Shown: one piece after another, positions 28,360 through 37,609 of the stretch | How the letters are laid out: the number at the start of each line of letters is the position of its first letter | Numbering within the stretch: the stretch's first letter is position 1 | Origin: a virus | Taxonomy: Duplodnaviria > Caudoviricetes | IMG/VR virus record: IMGVR_UViG_2841481002_000004 | Span: 61 to 64,060 of that record | Length of the DNA stretch: 64,000 nucleotides | Reading direction: 5' to 3' (one strand) | Notes under the pieces: model-generated | Told to the model about the DNA's origin: nothing | Seen by the model: only the letters and a program-made list of their open reading frames with translations | Databases searched by the model: none | Position numbers and translations under genes: made by a program

Positions 28360-29189
28360 CAGGCCACCTCCTTCGCATTCCGCAGGTCGCGCCACCAAGC
28401 CGGGTTCACACCCTCCGCGTACCATGCGATCGCCCCGTAGGCCCCGCTGGAAGCCGTCACGATGATGAACAGCTCATTTCCAAGCGGAACGCCGCCGGCG
28501 GTTCCCCTGACCACTGTCACGCCCGGCGAAAACACGTTCGCCTGCACTGATCCTTCAGCGTTCGGTCCGAAGCCGGTTTGCGTGGAGTGCTCGATTTCCC
28601 CGCCGTCGGCCGGCGTGAAGGTGATGTCGTACTGAACCAGCGTGCCGCCCGCTCCTCCTTCGACGCCGAAATACACGTAGTCGTCGCCGAAGAAGTTTTC
28701 CTTCTGTCCCGCGTTCGTCGCCAGGAACGGGGCCTGCGCGGGATGCCCTTGTGGTCCTGCGGAGCCCCATCCCATCTTCGTCGGCGGGACCGGTTGCGGC
28801 CCGCTCGCCCCCTCGGCGTACCACGAACCGGAGCCATAGGCGCCGTCAACGCCCGAGATCACATAGAAGAGCTTGTTTCCGGAGGCCTGGGGCGCGATGA
28901 CTTCGATTTCCACGACGCCGGCACTCAGTGGCTCCCCCCCGTTGAAGTCAGGTGCGTAGAAGCCCATCGGATCCGACGATCCGGAGATCGTCGATACAAC
29001 TGGCGCCCCGCCATCTTCCGGCGTGAAGGTCAGCCGTACGGTGTGCCCTTCCGGGTCGCCATCGGCCACGACGAAGCCGAAGTATCCGACCACGTATCGC
29101 CCCATGGAGCCGCTGCCGAAGTTGTCGGTGCTCGCCGGAGGCTCCATGCGGTTTGCGCCTCCCAACCAGCCCAGAAGAGGAGCGCTCAT
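28359..29189 (-). CDS. Virion protein with two tandem homologous beta-domains
   Basis: TFTPEDGG/TFTPADGG and GNKLF..GAYGSGSWYAEG/GNELF..GAYGAIAWYAEG. Confidence 0.7.
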   Translation of the reverse strand: MSAPLLGWLGGANRMEPPASTDNFGSGSMGRYVVGYFGFVVADGDPEGHTVRLTFTPEDGGAPVVSTISGSSDPMGFYAPDFNGGEPLSAGVVEIEVIAPQASGNKLFYVISGVDGAYGSGSWYAEGASGPQPVPPTKMGWGSAGPQGHPAQAPFLATNAGQKENFFGDDYVYFGVEGGAGGTLVQYDITFTPADGGEIEHSTQTGFGPNAEGSVQANVFSPGVTVVRGTAGGVPLGNELFIIVTASSGAYGAIAWYAEGVNPAWWRDLRNAKEVA

Positions 29190-29785
29190 GCCCTGCCCTC
29201 CCTGTGCTCGATTTCGATCCAGCGGCGTGTCATCACTTGGGCGGTGAGCATCCGCGGATCGCGACTCCAGCCATTCGCCCGCCTGTTCCAGATGTAGCCA
29301 ACCCTGGGGACGTAGGCTGCGCCGGCCCCGCCCATAGCCCAGAACAGCATGTGCTCCGTCCAGTAGGTTCCCCGAGGCAACCTGGCCGCGGCATCCTTCG
29401 CGTTTGCAGTGCGCATCAGCACCAGGTGGTGCAAACCCATCGGACCGCAGCGGTGTCGTTCGCGATCGTACTGGTACCAGCAGCGCCGCACATCGGCACT
29501 CCCAGGCTCGCGCAGGATCTCGTCCGTGTACGCCATGGGCACTTCCATAGCGTCCGCCTTAGCTACGCACGCCTGCAGCACGTCCAGATAGTCCGCAGGC
29601 AGTTCGTCGTCGTCATCGAGGAAGAAGCACCAGGGGGTGAGTACCGCAGAGAGTGCATCGAGCCGCGCGGCATGCAGGTCTGCCGGGTTCCTCAGCGTCT
29701 GCACCCGACCAAGCACCTCCAGCCCCGGCAACTCAATGCATACCGGGGAAGCAGAAAGGACGATGGCGGTGATGAGCGGAGCCAT
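29186..29785 (-). CDS. GT-A fold (GT2-like) glycosyltransferase
   Basis: ITAIVLS...AARLDALSAVLTPWCFFLDDDD (DxD motif)...WTEHML...YIWNR. Confidence 0.65.
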   Translation of the reverse strand: MAPLITAIVLSASPVCIELPGLEVLGRVQTLRNPADLHAARLDALSAVLTPWCFFLDDDDELPADYLDVLQACVAKADAMEVPMAYTDEILREPGSADVRRCWYQYDRERHRCGPMGLHHLVLMRTANAKDAAARLPRGTYWTEHMLFWAMGGAGAAYVPRVGYIWNRRANGWSRDPRMLTAQVMTRRWIEIEHREGRA

Positions 29786-29786
29786 G

Positions 29787-30461
29787 TCAGCAGAACACCG
29801 CGTTCGTGTGCGGGTTGTCTTGCCGCGTTGCGCGCCGCAGATCGGAATCCGGCAGCGGGCCGAAATAGGCCGTGAAGGCGCGTTCCCCCGCGGCCGAGCG
29901 CTGCGCGTCGAAGGTCTCGGTGTCGGGGATGCCGTAGGCACGATGCAGTACCCAGTGAATGAGGTGTTCGTGATGGGCCTCGTGGATCTCCGGTGTATCG
30001 CGACCTTCCACCAGCCGCTTGAGCGGCAGCCGATAGCCTTCGATGCGCAGAGTTCCGGGTTGCGTGGGGGTGGGAACAATGCGCAGGGTCGTGTCGCCCT
30101 GGAGCGCGTAGATGGTTCCGCCGGGCATTCGATCTCGATAGCGCCAGTCGCACACGTGGTGATCCAGCCATTCGCGCGATCGCAACACCACGGGGCAGGC
30201 GCGCTCACCCACGGCCGGCGCGATCCAGAGGTCCACCAGCTCATAGAGGGACCGGTGGAGGGTGTATGTGTGCGTGCCCGCCGCAATGGTCAAGCTGCAC
30301 ACTTCGTCGTTGGCATCCTCCAGCAGCAGCCGGCCCCGAATGGCGGCTTGGTCCTGGGCGTCGGAGAACCAGTCGGCCAGGTCGCAGTCCTTCCACAGCG
30401 GCGGGTGTGCGGTGTCGCACGCCAGCACGCGGAACCGGCGGATGAGGTCGGCCAGCGTCAT
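29787..30461 (-). CDS. Head-tail adaptor protein (DUF6682-like)
   Basis: MTLADLIRRFR...LWKD..LADWFSDAQDQAAIRGRLL; PEIHEAHHEHLIHWVLHRAY. Confidence 0.7.
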   Translation of the reverse strand: MTLADLIRRFRVLACDTAHPPLWKDCDLADWFSDAQDQAAIRGRLLLEDANDEVCSLTIAAGTHTYTLHRSLYELVDLWIAPAVGERACPVVLRSREWLDHHVCDWRYRDRMPGGTIYALQGDTTLRIVPTPTQPGTLRIEGYRLPLKRLVEGRDTPEIHEAHHEHLIHWVLHRAYGIPDTETFDAQRSAAGERAFTAYFGPLPDSDLRRATRQDNPHTNAVFC

Positions 30462-31354
30462 ACCACCCCGAACTGCTCGACCATGGAAGCCACCTTGGCG
30501 CGCATGGTCTCGATGGAGGTGTTCTTGGCGACCTTCTGTCCGTAGTTGACCTGGGCGAAGTCCACCAGCGCGTCCTTGTCCATCTGGTTGATGGTGTCGA
30601 TCTGGTTGCGAACGCGGTTCGTCTCCGCTTCCTGCGCCGCGCGGGCCGTCGCTGCCGCGGCAAGCTGTTCCGCCGTGTCGTCCACCACCGAATCCGTAGC
30701 ATCCACAGGGGGCTGCGTCGCAGCACTTTGCTCGGCTCCGGTGGCTTCGGCGCCGACTTGCTCCGGGGCAGCCGGCTCGGTGAACAGGTCGCCATGCCGG
30801 AGGAAGCGCCGCGCGATTTCGCCTGGCAGCGTACGGGACTGTCCCGGAACGAACGACAGGCCCGTGCCGTAGATGCGATCCGTCCAGGGCTTGCGGCCGA
30901 TGAACTCCACCGCCACACCCAGGGAGAGATCCGCTGCGATCTTGGCCTGCAGGGCCTCCCGCGGGGACAGCGGTGCCACCTCCGGCGTCTGCCGAGCGGG
31001 CACGGCGTCCATGTCCTTCATCACCGCCACGATGGCCGCGAAGAGGTAGTCCTTCACGCGCTGGCGCTCGGGCAAATCGGCATACGGGACCATGCAGGGG
31101 TGCGTCTTGGCGACGATGTCTTTCTCGACACCGAAGGTCCAGCCGTCCGCGGCCTTGGATCGCATCCACGCCTCGTGCGCCTGCTCCGGCGTGATGCCAG
31201 GATTGCCGAGGTGCATGTTCACGCCGGCCAGGATGCTGGTTCGCTGGGAGTCATCGGCATCCGCCCACGAAGGGGTCGGAGGGAAGTCGCCGATGGCCGC
31301 GCAGTAGGCGCGATTGACCTCGTGCGCAGCGCGGGCTATGTCCGTGTTGTTCAT
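30458..31354 (-). CDS. RyR-domain fusion protein
   Basis: IARAAHEVNRAYC..HEAWMRSKAADGWTFGVEKD..KTHPCMVPYADLPERQRVKD; C-terminal HeH/LEM-like segment. Confidence 0.7.
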   Translation of the reverse strand: MNNTDIARAAHEVNRAYCAAIGDFPPTPSWADADDSQRTSILAGVNMHLGNPGITPEQAHEAWMRSKAADGWTFGVEKDIVAKTHPCMVPYADLPERQRVKDYLFAAIVAVMKDMDAVPARQTPEVAPLSPREALQAKIAADLSLGVAVEFIGRKPWTDRIYGTGLSFVPGQSRTLPGEIARRFLRHGDLFTEPAAPEQVGAEATGAEQSAATQPPVDATDSVVDDTAEQLAAAATARAAQEAETNRVRNQIDTINQMDKDALVDFAQVNYGQKVAKNTSIETMRAKVASMVEQFGVV

Positions 31355-31388
31355 GGTGAGTCCTTACGTTGTCCCTTGGGACAGGAGA

Positions 31389-31420
31389 GCGACACGGAGG
31401 GGACGTCCCCTCCGTGTCGC
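31389..31420. repeat. Perfect 32-bp palindrome
   Basis: GCGACACGGAGGGGAC|GTCCCCTCCGTGTCGC. Confidence 0.9.
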
Positions 31421-31430
31421 GGCCGAGTCG

Positions 31431-31910
31431 TCAGGCCGCGCCGTACCGCTCGCCGGTCAGGGTGATGTCCACGCGGCTGGCCTTGGCGTTGGCAGCCCCG
31501 GCGAACGTGAGGATCAGACGCGCTTCCTTCGGCAGCGTGACGGGCGCCTTCGTCGTCGCGAGGCGCAGGCGGCCGGCGGCGTTGAGCACGAGACCCGCGC
31601 CGAAGTACGCAGCGTCCTGCGGGATGTCCGGGTGGTCGATGCCGTCGGCGTATTCGAAGCCCAGAGAGCCCGTCACGCTGGCGGTCATGGCCGTGGAGAC
31701 GATCACCTGCATGTCGTCGGGATGGAAACCTGCCGGCAGGCTCCCGAGGTCCAGCTTGTCGCCGACAGCGGGGGCCGCGCCGGTTGTGCTGTCCTGCACG
31801 GTGCCGTCAGCATTGGTGCCGAAGCCGAACCGCAGAACGGTGGAATTGCCGTAGGGGGTGAAGCCGCCGAACTGGTAGTTGTTTGCCTGCTTGATCTTGT
31901 TGGTTGCCAT
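31431..31910 (-). CDS. Putative capsid decoration protein
   Basis: Directly after the MCP, AGGAGG RBS, beta-rich (VGDKLDLGSLPAG). Confidence 0.65.
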   Translation of the reverse strand: MATNKIKQANNYQFGGFTPYGNSTVLRFGFGTNADGTVQDSTTGAAPAVGDKLDLGSLPAGFHPDDMQVIVSTAMTASVTGSLGFEYADGIDHPDIPQDAAYFGAGLVLNAAGRLRLATTKAPVTLPKEARLILTFAGAANAKASRVDITLTGERYGAA

Positions 31911-31977
31911 GTCGGCCTCCTGAAATGGATCGAGATGTGGAGGGGATGGAGGGCCGGACAGCGCCGGCCCCAGGCGC

Positions 31978-33279
31978 TTACATGCGAGGGCCGATGATGG
32001 GAACGGCCGTATCGAGAACCGCCACACCGTGGTCGGTCACCTGGATCGTGTCGCCGTGATCCACTTCGAAACGGATCTTGGACATGCCCAGGATCGCGCC
32101 GATGAGGATTTCGAGCTTGTCGCCGTGGTCGCCGGGCACCTCGGACCAGAAGAACGGCATGCCAGAGTGAATCGAAGCCGCGAACGCCTGGCCCACTGCC
32201 TGGCCGCCCAGCAGGATGGCGCGGTCCACCGCGAAGCGATCACCGAAAGAACTGGGAACGATCACGGAGCCTTCGTCCTCGGTCTCGTACGACGTGGCGT
32301 AGCGGATCTTGTCGCCAGCGTAGAAGCGGATCGGCTTGGGCATCTTCACGATGAGGATGCCGTTCCAGAGCCCCACATCACCCAGGAACAGGGGGTGACG
32401 CTTGGCCTGGTTCGCACGTGCATACGCTGCCGCCTGGAACTGGCGGAAAGCCGGGTCGGTCGCGAAGCTGCTGTACTGGGCGGGAGACACCAGCATCACG
32501 CGGATGGGTGAGTCCGTGGCTGCTTCATCGCCATCGAAGATCACGGGCGGCGGAGGCGCGGGGATTTGCTCCACGAACTGCCGCACCGCATCGGCCACGT
32601 CCATCTTGAGCAGATCCGACGTGGTGAGATCGATCTCGCCCGCATTGGCCTTGAACATCTGGATGGAGCCACCGTCCGCGATGAAGTGCCGGTTCTTGGA
32701 CGGCGCCTTCACCGGGTTGACCATGATGTCCTTGAAATCGGGGTCCGTCTCGGTGGGGACGATCCACTCGAAGTTGTTGTGGAACCCGCGGGCCCCGGCC
32801 ATGTGCGTGAGGAGCGACTGGTCGATGTAGCGATCCATCTTGCTCTGCGCGATGGGGCGGCCCATCTTGCGCATGTTCACCGGGCTGCGGATCTGCGTCA
32901 TCACGTCGCCCATGTCCACAGGGAAGCGCGCCTGGTTCACGCGCAGGCGGTCCTCGGACAGTTTCGTGCCCACGCCCTTGCCCTCGGCGATCTTGCTGCC
33001 CATGATGGGCTTGCCGCCGGATGGGTTGAGCAGGTGGAACTTCACCTCGTCGCCCTTGCCCTGGCCCAGGTCCTCGGCCTTGACGATGGGGTAGTGGCTG
33101 CTGGTCTGGCGCTGGCCCTTGACGGTTGCAGCGGCATCGGCCTCCTGCGGGAACTTGCCCGTGAGGTGGTTCATCTGCGTATTGCGCCCGTTGGAGAGAG
33201 CGAAGACACCAACAGCCTGTTGGATCATCGCCTTCGGGTCGCCGTACGGCATCTGGGTTTTGGTAGCGGAAGTGCTCAT
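31978..33279 (-). CDS. Major capsid protein (N4-gp56/DUF4043 type)
   Basis: DLGQGKGDEVKF..GKPIMG..AEGKG; HPLFLGDVGLWNGILI; DRAILLGGQA. Confidence 0.85.
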   Translation of the reverse strand: MSTSATKTQMPYGDPKAMIQQAVGVFALSNGRNTQMNHLTGKFPQEADAAATVKGQRQTSSHYPIVKAEDLGQGKGDEVKFHLLNPSGGKPIMGSKIAEGKGVGTKLSEDRLRVNQARFPVDMGDVMTQIRSPVNMRKMGRPIAQSKMDRYIDQSLLTHMAGARGFHNNFEWIVPTETDPDFKDIMVNPVKAPSKNRHFIADGGSIQMFKANAGEIDLTTSDLLKMDVADAVRQFVEQIPAPPPPVIFDGDEAATDSPIRVMLVSPAQYSSFATDPAFRQFQAAAYARANQAKRHPLFLGDVGLWNGILIVKMPKPIRFYAGDKIRYATSYETEDEGSVIVPSSFGDRFAVDRAILLGGQAVGQAFAASIHSGMPFFWSEVPGDHGDKLEILIGAILGMSKIRFEVDHGDTIQVTDHGVAVLDTAVPIIGPRM

Positions 33280-33321
33280 TGGGTGCTCCGATTTCGGGTG
33301 GCACGCGCGCGATACGCGGCC

Positions 33322-34425
33322 TTACAGGGTGCGGTTCAGGAAGGCCTCGATCTGCGCGGGAGACATCGACCCCATGGCGTTCGCCAGGCCCGGGGCGTCC
33401 AGCGAATCCAGCTGGTCCTGCACGGAAGTGGCTCCCGTGCGCGCACCCGGAAACCCCGAGAGGGTTTCGGGCACGGGCGGCTTGCTGCGGGCTGCCTCGG
33501 CCGCAGCTTTCGCGGCGGCCTTGACGTCGGGAACGGCGGGTGCGGAGGCGGGAGTGGCGGAGGTTCCCGTGGCTGCCTTGTACTTGTCGAACAGCTCGAT
33601 CACGTCCTTGGTTTCGCCGTTGTCGAGGACATGGCGAATGCCCACTTGCTCATAGGCAGGGCGCGAGTTGATCCATTCTTCAAGCTGGGTGCTGCCGACG
33701 ATGGACGTGGCGTCGGGATGCTTCGCCAGGATGGCGGCTGCGTGGTCGCTCTGCGCGTTCCGCTGTGCCGTCTCCCGGGCTGCTGCCTCCCGGTCCTGCA
33801 CCGGCTTCAGGGCTTCGGCCACCTGCATGGCGACCAGCTTGCGGATGCCCTCCGCCAGTGCCGCTTCGGAGAAGTCCCCGAAGATTTCGGCATCGACTTG
33901 GCCGGACGCGATGGCAGCCTCGGCGGCTGCCACCATGTTGTCCTGCCTCGTCGGTGCCGCGCCGGCATCGGCCCGCTGCTGGGCCTGCGCCTGCAGCTCG
34001 GTGAGCTTGCGCTGCGCTGCTTCTGCCTCGGTGCGCCAGTGCTGCCCGTCCTGCCGGGCCTTTTCGAGTTGGCTGTAGGGAATGTGGTGCTTGCCGTCCT
34101 TGGCGAGCACCACGGCGTTGGCCGGATCGACAGTCGATTCGTCCTTCGCTGTGGTGCTCTCGGCCGCCTTCGCACCGCCCTGCCCTTCGCTGGCGCCTGC
34201 TTGGGGTGCTGGCGCTGCGGTCTCACCGGCTCCCGCCGCTTCCTTGGGGTACTGGCCGCCTTCCTGTGCAGGGGTGGTAGCGGGCGCGCCACCTTGTGCC
34301 GCCGCTTGTGCGCCGGCTTCGTCACCCGATTCCGCGAGCCGCATGAGCTGCGCGGCCTGCTCAGGGGTCAGCGGACCATCGATGTCCGCGCTGTCGAGAA
34401 AATCCTGTACTGCTTTGGTTGTCAT
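33322..34425 (-). CDS. Scaffolding protein
   Basis: Between portal and MCP; AKDGKHHIPYSQLEKAR; helical, acidic. Confidence 0.75.
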   Translation of the reverse strand: MTTKAVQDFLDSADIDGPLTPEQAAQLMRLAESGDEAGAQAAAQGGAPATTPAQEGGQYPKEAAGAGETAAPAPQAGASEGQGGAKAAESTTAKDESTVDPANAVVLAKDGKHHIPYSQLEKARQDGQHWRTEAEAAQRKLTELQAQAQQRADAGAAPTRQDNMVAAAEAAIASGQVDAEIFGDFSEAALAEGIRKLVAMQVAEALKPVQDREAAARETAQRNAQSDHAAAILAKHPDATSIVGSTQLEEWINSRPAYEQVGIRHVLDNGETKDVIELFDKYKAATGTSATPASAPAVPDVKAAAKAAAEAARSKPPVPETLSGFPGARTGATSVQDQLDSLDAPGLANAMGSMSPAQIEAFLNRTL

Positions 34426-34517
34426 TGCCTGTCCCGCCACATGTCGCCGTGGCCGCAAGGTCCAGCGATGCCGCGCCCGATGAGGGCGAGGAAGTCACCT
34501 CACGCATGCGCAAGGCT

Positions 34518-34563
34518 TGGGCGGGAGTGTCGAAACGAACACGCGGAAGGCAAAAAACTACAG
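34518..34563 (-). promoter_or_regulatory. Late-promoter motif 4 (scaffold/capsid operon)
   Basis: CTGTAG(34563-34558)-TTTT...GACACT-7 nt-A(34518). Confidence 0.7.
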
Positions 34564-34605
34564 GTGTCCGGTACGATCCCTGTGAGCAAGAGAGGAGAAA
34601 CAGGT

Positions 34606-35262
34606 ATGCGCTATGCGCTCGTAAACGGAGAAAAAGTCGATCCAAACCCCAAGCTCCGTGGGGTCTGCCGCGGGTGCAGCGAGGAGGTCACTTCGAAGTG
34701 CGGAAAACACAAGGTCTGGCACTGGGCCCACCTTTGCGGAACCCATTGCGACAAGTGGTGGGAGCCGGAGACCCAGTGGCACCGAGATTGGAAGGATCGC
34801 TTTCCGAAGGACTGGCAGGAGGTCCCCGCCCGAGATCCTGCGACTGGTGAACTGCACATCGCGGACGTCAAAACGCTGCATGGGCTTGTGGTCGAATTCC
34901 AGCATTCGAACATCCACCCTGATGAGGTCCAGGCCCGAGAGAACTTCTACGACAACATGGTGTGGGTGGTGGATGGGCGCAAGTCCGAAAGCGACCTATC
35001 GTTCTTCCGCCTGGGATTGGCATACAACCAAGCCGGCGAAGGTTTGCACCGCAAGTACGGGCGGAGCAGGCTGTTTCACCGCTGGCACACCCGAAAGCCG
35101 GTCTTCCTCGATTTCGGCGCCGATGGCCTGTGGCAGGTTGTCAGGTTCGACCCCGCCACAGACCGCGCCCAGTTACAGCTGCTCGACATTGACGAGTTCG
35201 TAGAGGCGGTTGCCCTCGGCATTCACGATTTCGTAGCCGAGGGCGGCCCAGCAATCGCATAG
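34606..35262 (+). CDS. CoiA-like PD-(D/E)XK nuclease-family protein (moron)
   Basis: CRGC..SKCG..WHWAH..ETQWHRDWK..IADV..VVEFQHS; AGGAG RBS; opposite strand to the virion genes. Confidence 0.75.
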   Translation: MRYALVNGEKVDPNPKLRGVCRGCSEEVTSKCGKHKVWHWAHLCGTHCDKWWEPETQWHRDWKDRFPKDWQEVPARDPATGELHIADVKTLHGLVVEFQHSNIHPDEVQARENFYDNMVWVVDGRKSESDLSFFRLGLAYNQAGEGLHRKYGRSRLFHRWHTRKPVFLDFGADGLWQVVRFDPATDRAQLQLLDIDEFVEAVALGIHDFVAEGGPAIA

Positions 35263-35274
35263 AGGCCGCGCCCG

Positions 35275-37602
35275 CTACCCGATGTTGTCCGCCGTCGTGG
35301 GGGTCTCGATACCGCGCTCTCCCGTTCCCGCCTGCTGGGGAACCGGCGGGAATGCTGGGCTGGTGTTCTCGCGAACACCGGTTGCCGCCTCCACGGCCTC
35401 CGGGCCCTGGCCCTGGATATATGGGCTCTTGATGTTCATAGCTGCTGTCTGCGCTGGGATCGGGAAGTTCGGATCATCGCCGCCCGGGCTGGGCAACTGG
35501 TAGCCTGCCCTCTGCATGATGGCGTCCGCGATGGGTGCGATCATGGGCATCTGCGCGACCTGCGCCCCGCCCTGCATGGCCGAGAATGCGGCCTGAACAC
35601 CGGTCTGCACCGCCTGGGCCATGATCTGCTTGATCTGGGCGTCCGTCAGGCGCTCCTTCAGGTCCAACTCGCGCGTCTTCAAGTCGTTGCCCGCCAGGCG
35701 CAGCGCCTCGGCGACCTTGTCCTTGATGCGCTGCTCCACCTGCTCCGGAGACTCCTGCTGGCCGGCGGCCCGCAACGCCTCCGTGATCTTTTCCTTGAAG
35801 GGGATGTCGGTGAGGGCCACGAGGTATTGCGCCATGACGCTCTGGAACTGCGGCGGCATCGCCTTGGTGGCTTCGGACAGGGCGTTGAGCTGCTGGCCCT
35901 GGTAGGTGCTGGTGCTGGGCACGTCGTCCAGGCCGACCATGAGGCGGGTGCGCATCAGGTCATTGGACAGGTAGGGATAGCCCATCTCATCGGTTTCTGG
36001 CTTGTTGAGCACCACGGTCCGGGGTGGAGAGATGGCGTCGCCGTCAATGACCACTGGATGTTCGCGGCTGCCGATGTCGTCCACGATCATCGACATCAGC
36101 AATTCCCCGACCTGCGTGCGGCCGGCGCGGTGGTTGTCCATGATCGTGCCCAGGGCCTGGTTGGACTGCTCTACCTGTGTCTGCTCCTGCAGGCCGCTGG
36201 TTGCATTGCCCTTCTGCCCGAGGAAGGCCTGAGCAGCCGGCCCGATGCGGCTGATTGCCGCGCGCGAATCGTCCAGCATTCGGAACTGTTGGTCAGTCAG
36301 CTGGAAATCCCGGATAACTTTGTGGGTGGCGCCGACTTGGCCCATGTGGGCAGCATCCAGCACGATGTCCGCGTTGCGCCGTCCAACCTGCTTGCGGTAC
36401 TGCTCATCCGTCATTGCCACAGCGCCTTTCGTCCGCTCGGTTCTCACAGAGCCCATGCCCCACCGCAGGAGGGCGGAGCCGCTGTTGAGGTTGTCCTGCT
36501 GGTACATCACGCCGCGGACGTAGCCGTACGGCACGCGCGTCGTCTCCTCCCTGAAGCCCCAGAAGGGAACATAGGGGAAGTGGCGGTGCGAGTAAGGCGT
36601 GGGCCCATCAAAGAGGCAGTGCGGCCCGAGCCAGTAGCTCCTGCGGACGCGTGCAACGGTGGTCATCTCAAACTGCGCCAGGCCCTGGCCCAGGGCGAGG
36701 ACGTGCGCCTCGTTCCCGTCGTCGTACTCCACCACGCGGCCGTCCGGGGTAGTCAGCACGCCCACCAGTTCCCATCGGCGATACCACACCTCGGCCACGG
36801 CCGCCTCTTTGGTCATGGGGTTGTAGAAACGGTCTTCGGTCACGCTCCAGCCCCGGGCAATGTCCCAAGCCCGGGAAAGGCCGGTCGAGCGTCCACCCTC
36901 CAGCGATTCGAGGGTTTCGCCCGCAGTCCACCAGCCGGCGCCGTACCGGCCGTACATCTGGATCAGGTCCTTGCTCGCCGGGAAGACGGCCATGAGCCGA
37001 TGTGGGTGGATCCACCTCATCCGGCGCAGGTAGCGCGCATCCTCCAAGAACTTGTCCTGGGCGGACCAGTCCCAGTGAATCTCTGCACGAGGCACCGCGG
37101 CGCATCTGTACGGGAAACCGAACTTGTCCGGGTTGCGCGCCACCTCCACCCAGCCCAGCCCCACGGCGGCCTGCGGACGGAACGCATCGCTGCATGCCGC
37201 ATCGGCCTTGGAATGCCGCTCTGCCTCATTGAGTTTGAAATTCAGGGCGTCTGCCACGTCCTGGCCCTGCGGCTGCCCGTTGGGCTTGACGCGCCAGTCC
37301 GTGCGGGTGCGAGCCTCGTATCCCTGGAGCCCGAGCAGCATGGGCCCGATCATGTCTTCCATGGCGGGCGGGATGCCCAGTTCGCGGTTGGAGCGCATCA
37401 GCTCCGTGTCGAGCTGGTTGCCGTCGGCGTAGTCCATCTCGCGATCAGCGTTGGCGCGCCACGGCGGTTGCGCTTCCATCTCACGGTGGAATTCCGTGTA
37501 CTCGGCCAGACTCAGCGCCGGGGTGGCCGGCTGCTCCATGCCGTCCGCCACGCGCTGATCATTGCCGTCGATGGCGGCCTCGTTCTTCCCGAAATTGAAC
37601 AT
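35275..37602 (-). CDS. Portal protein (P22-like)
   Basis: WRANADREMDYADGNQ; FPYVPFWGF; LGQKGNATSG; follows terL. Confidence 0.85.
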   Translation of the reverse strand: MFNFGKNEAAIDGNDQRVADGMEQPATPALSLAEYTEFHREMEAQPPWRANADREMDYADGNQLDTELMRSNRELGIPPAMEDMIGPMLLGLQGYEARTRTDWRVKPNGQPQGQDVADALNFKLNEAERHSKADAACSDAFRPQAAVGLGWVEVARNPDKFGFPYRCAAVPRAEIHWDWSAQDKFLEDARYLRRMRWIHPHRLMAVFPASKDLIQMYGRYGAGWWTAGETLESLEGGRSTGLSRAWDIARGWSVTEDRFYNPMTKEAAVAEVWYRRWELVGVLTTPDGRVVEYDDGNEAHVLALGQGLAQFEMTTVARVRRSYWLGPHCLFDGPTPYSHRHFPYVPFWGFREETTRVPYGYVRGVMYQQDNLNSGSALLRWGMGSVRTERTKGAVAMTDEQYRKQVGRRNADIVLDAAHMGQVGATHKVIRDFQLTDQQFRMLDDSRAAISRIGPAAQAFLGQKGNATSGLQEQTQVEQSNQALGTIMDNHRAGRTQVGELLMSMIVDDIGSREHPVVIDGDAISPPRTVVLNKPETDEMGYPYLSNDLMRTRLMVGLDDVPSTSTYQGQQLNALSEATKAMPPQFQSVMAQYLVALTDIPFKEKITEALRAAGQQESPEQVEQRIKDKVAEALRLAGNDLKTRELDLKERLTDAQIKQIMAQAVQTGVQAAFSAMQGGAQVAQMPMIAPIADAIMQRAGYQLPSPGGDDPNFPIPAQTAAMNIKSPYIQGQGPEAVEAATGVRENTSPAFPPVPQQAGTGERGIETPTTADNIG

Positions 37603-37609
37603 GGTGCTC

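Noticed and set aside
32566-34605. N-terminal part of the 898-aa plus-strand ORF
   Set aside because: Shadow of capsid and scaffold; the real gene starts at ATG 34606 with its own RBS
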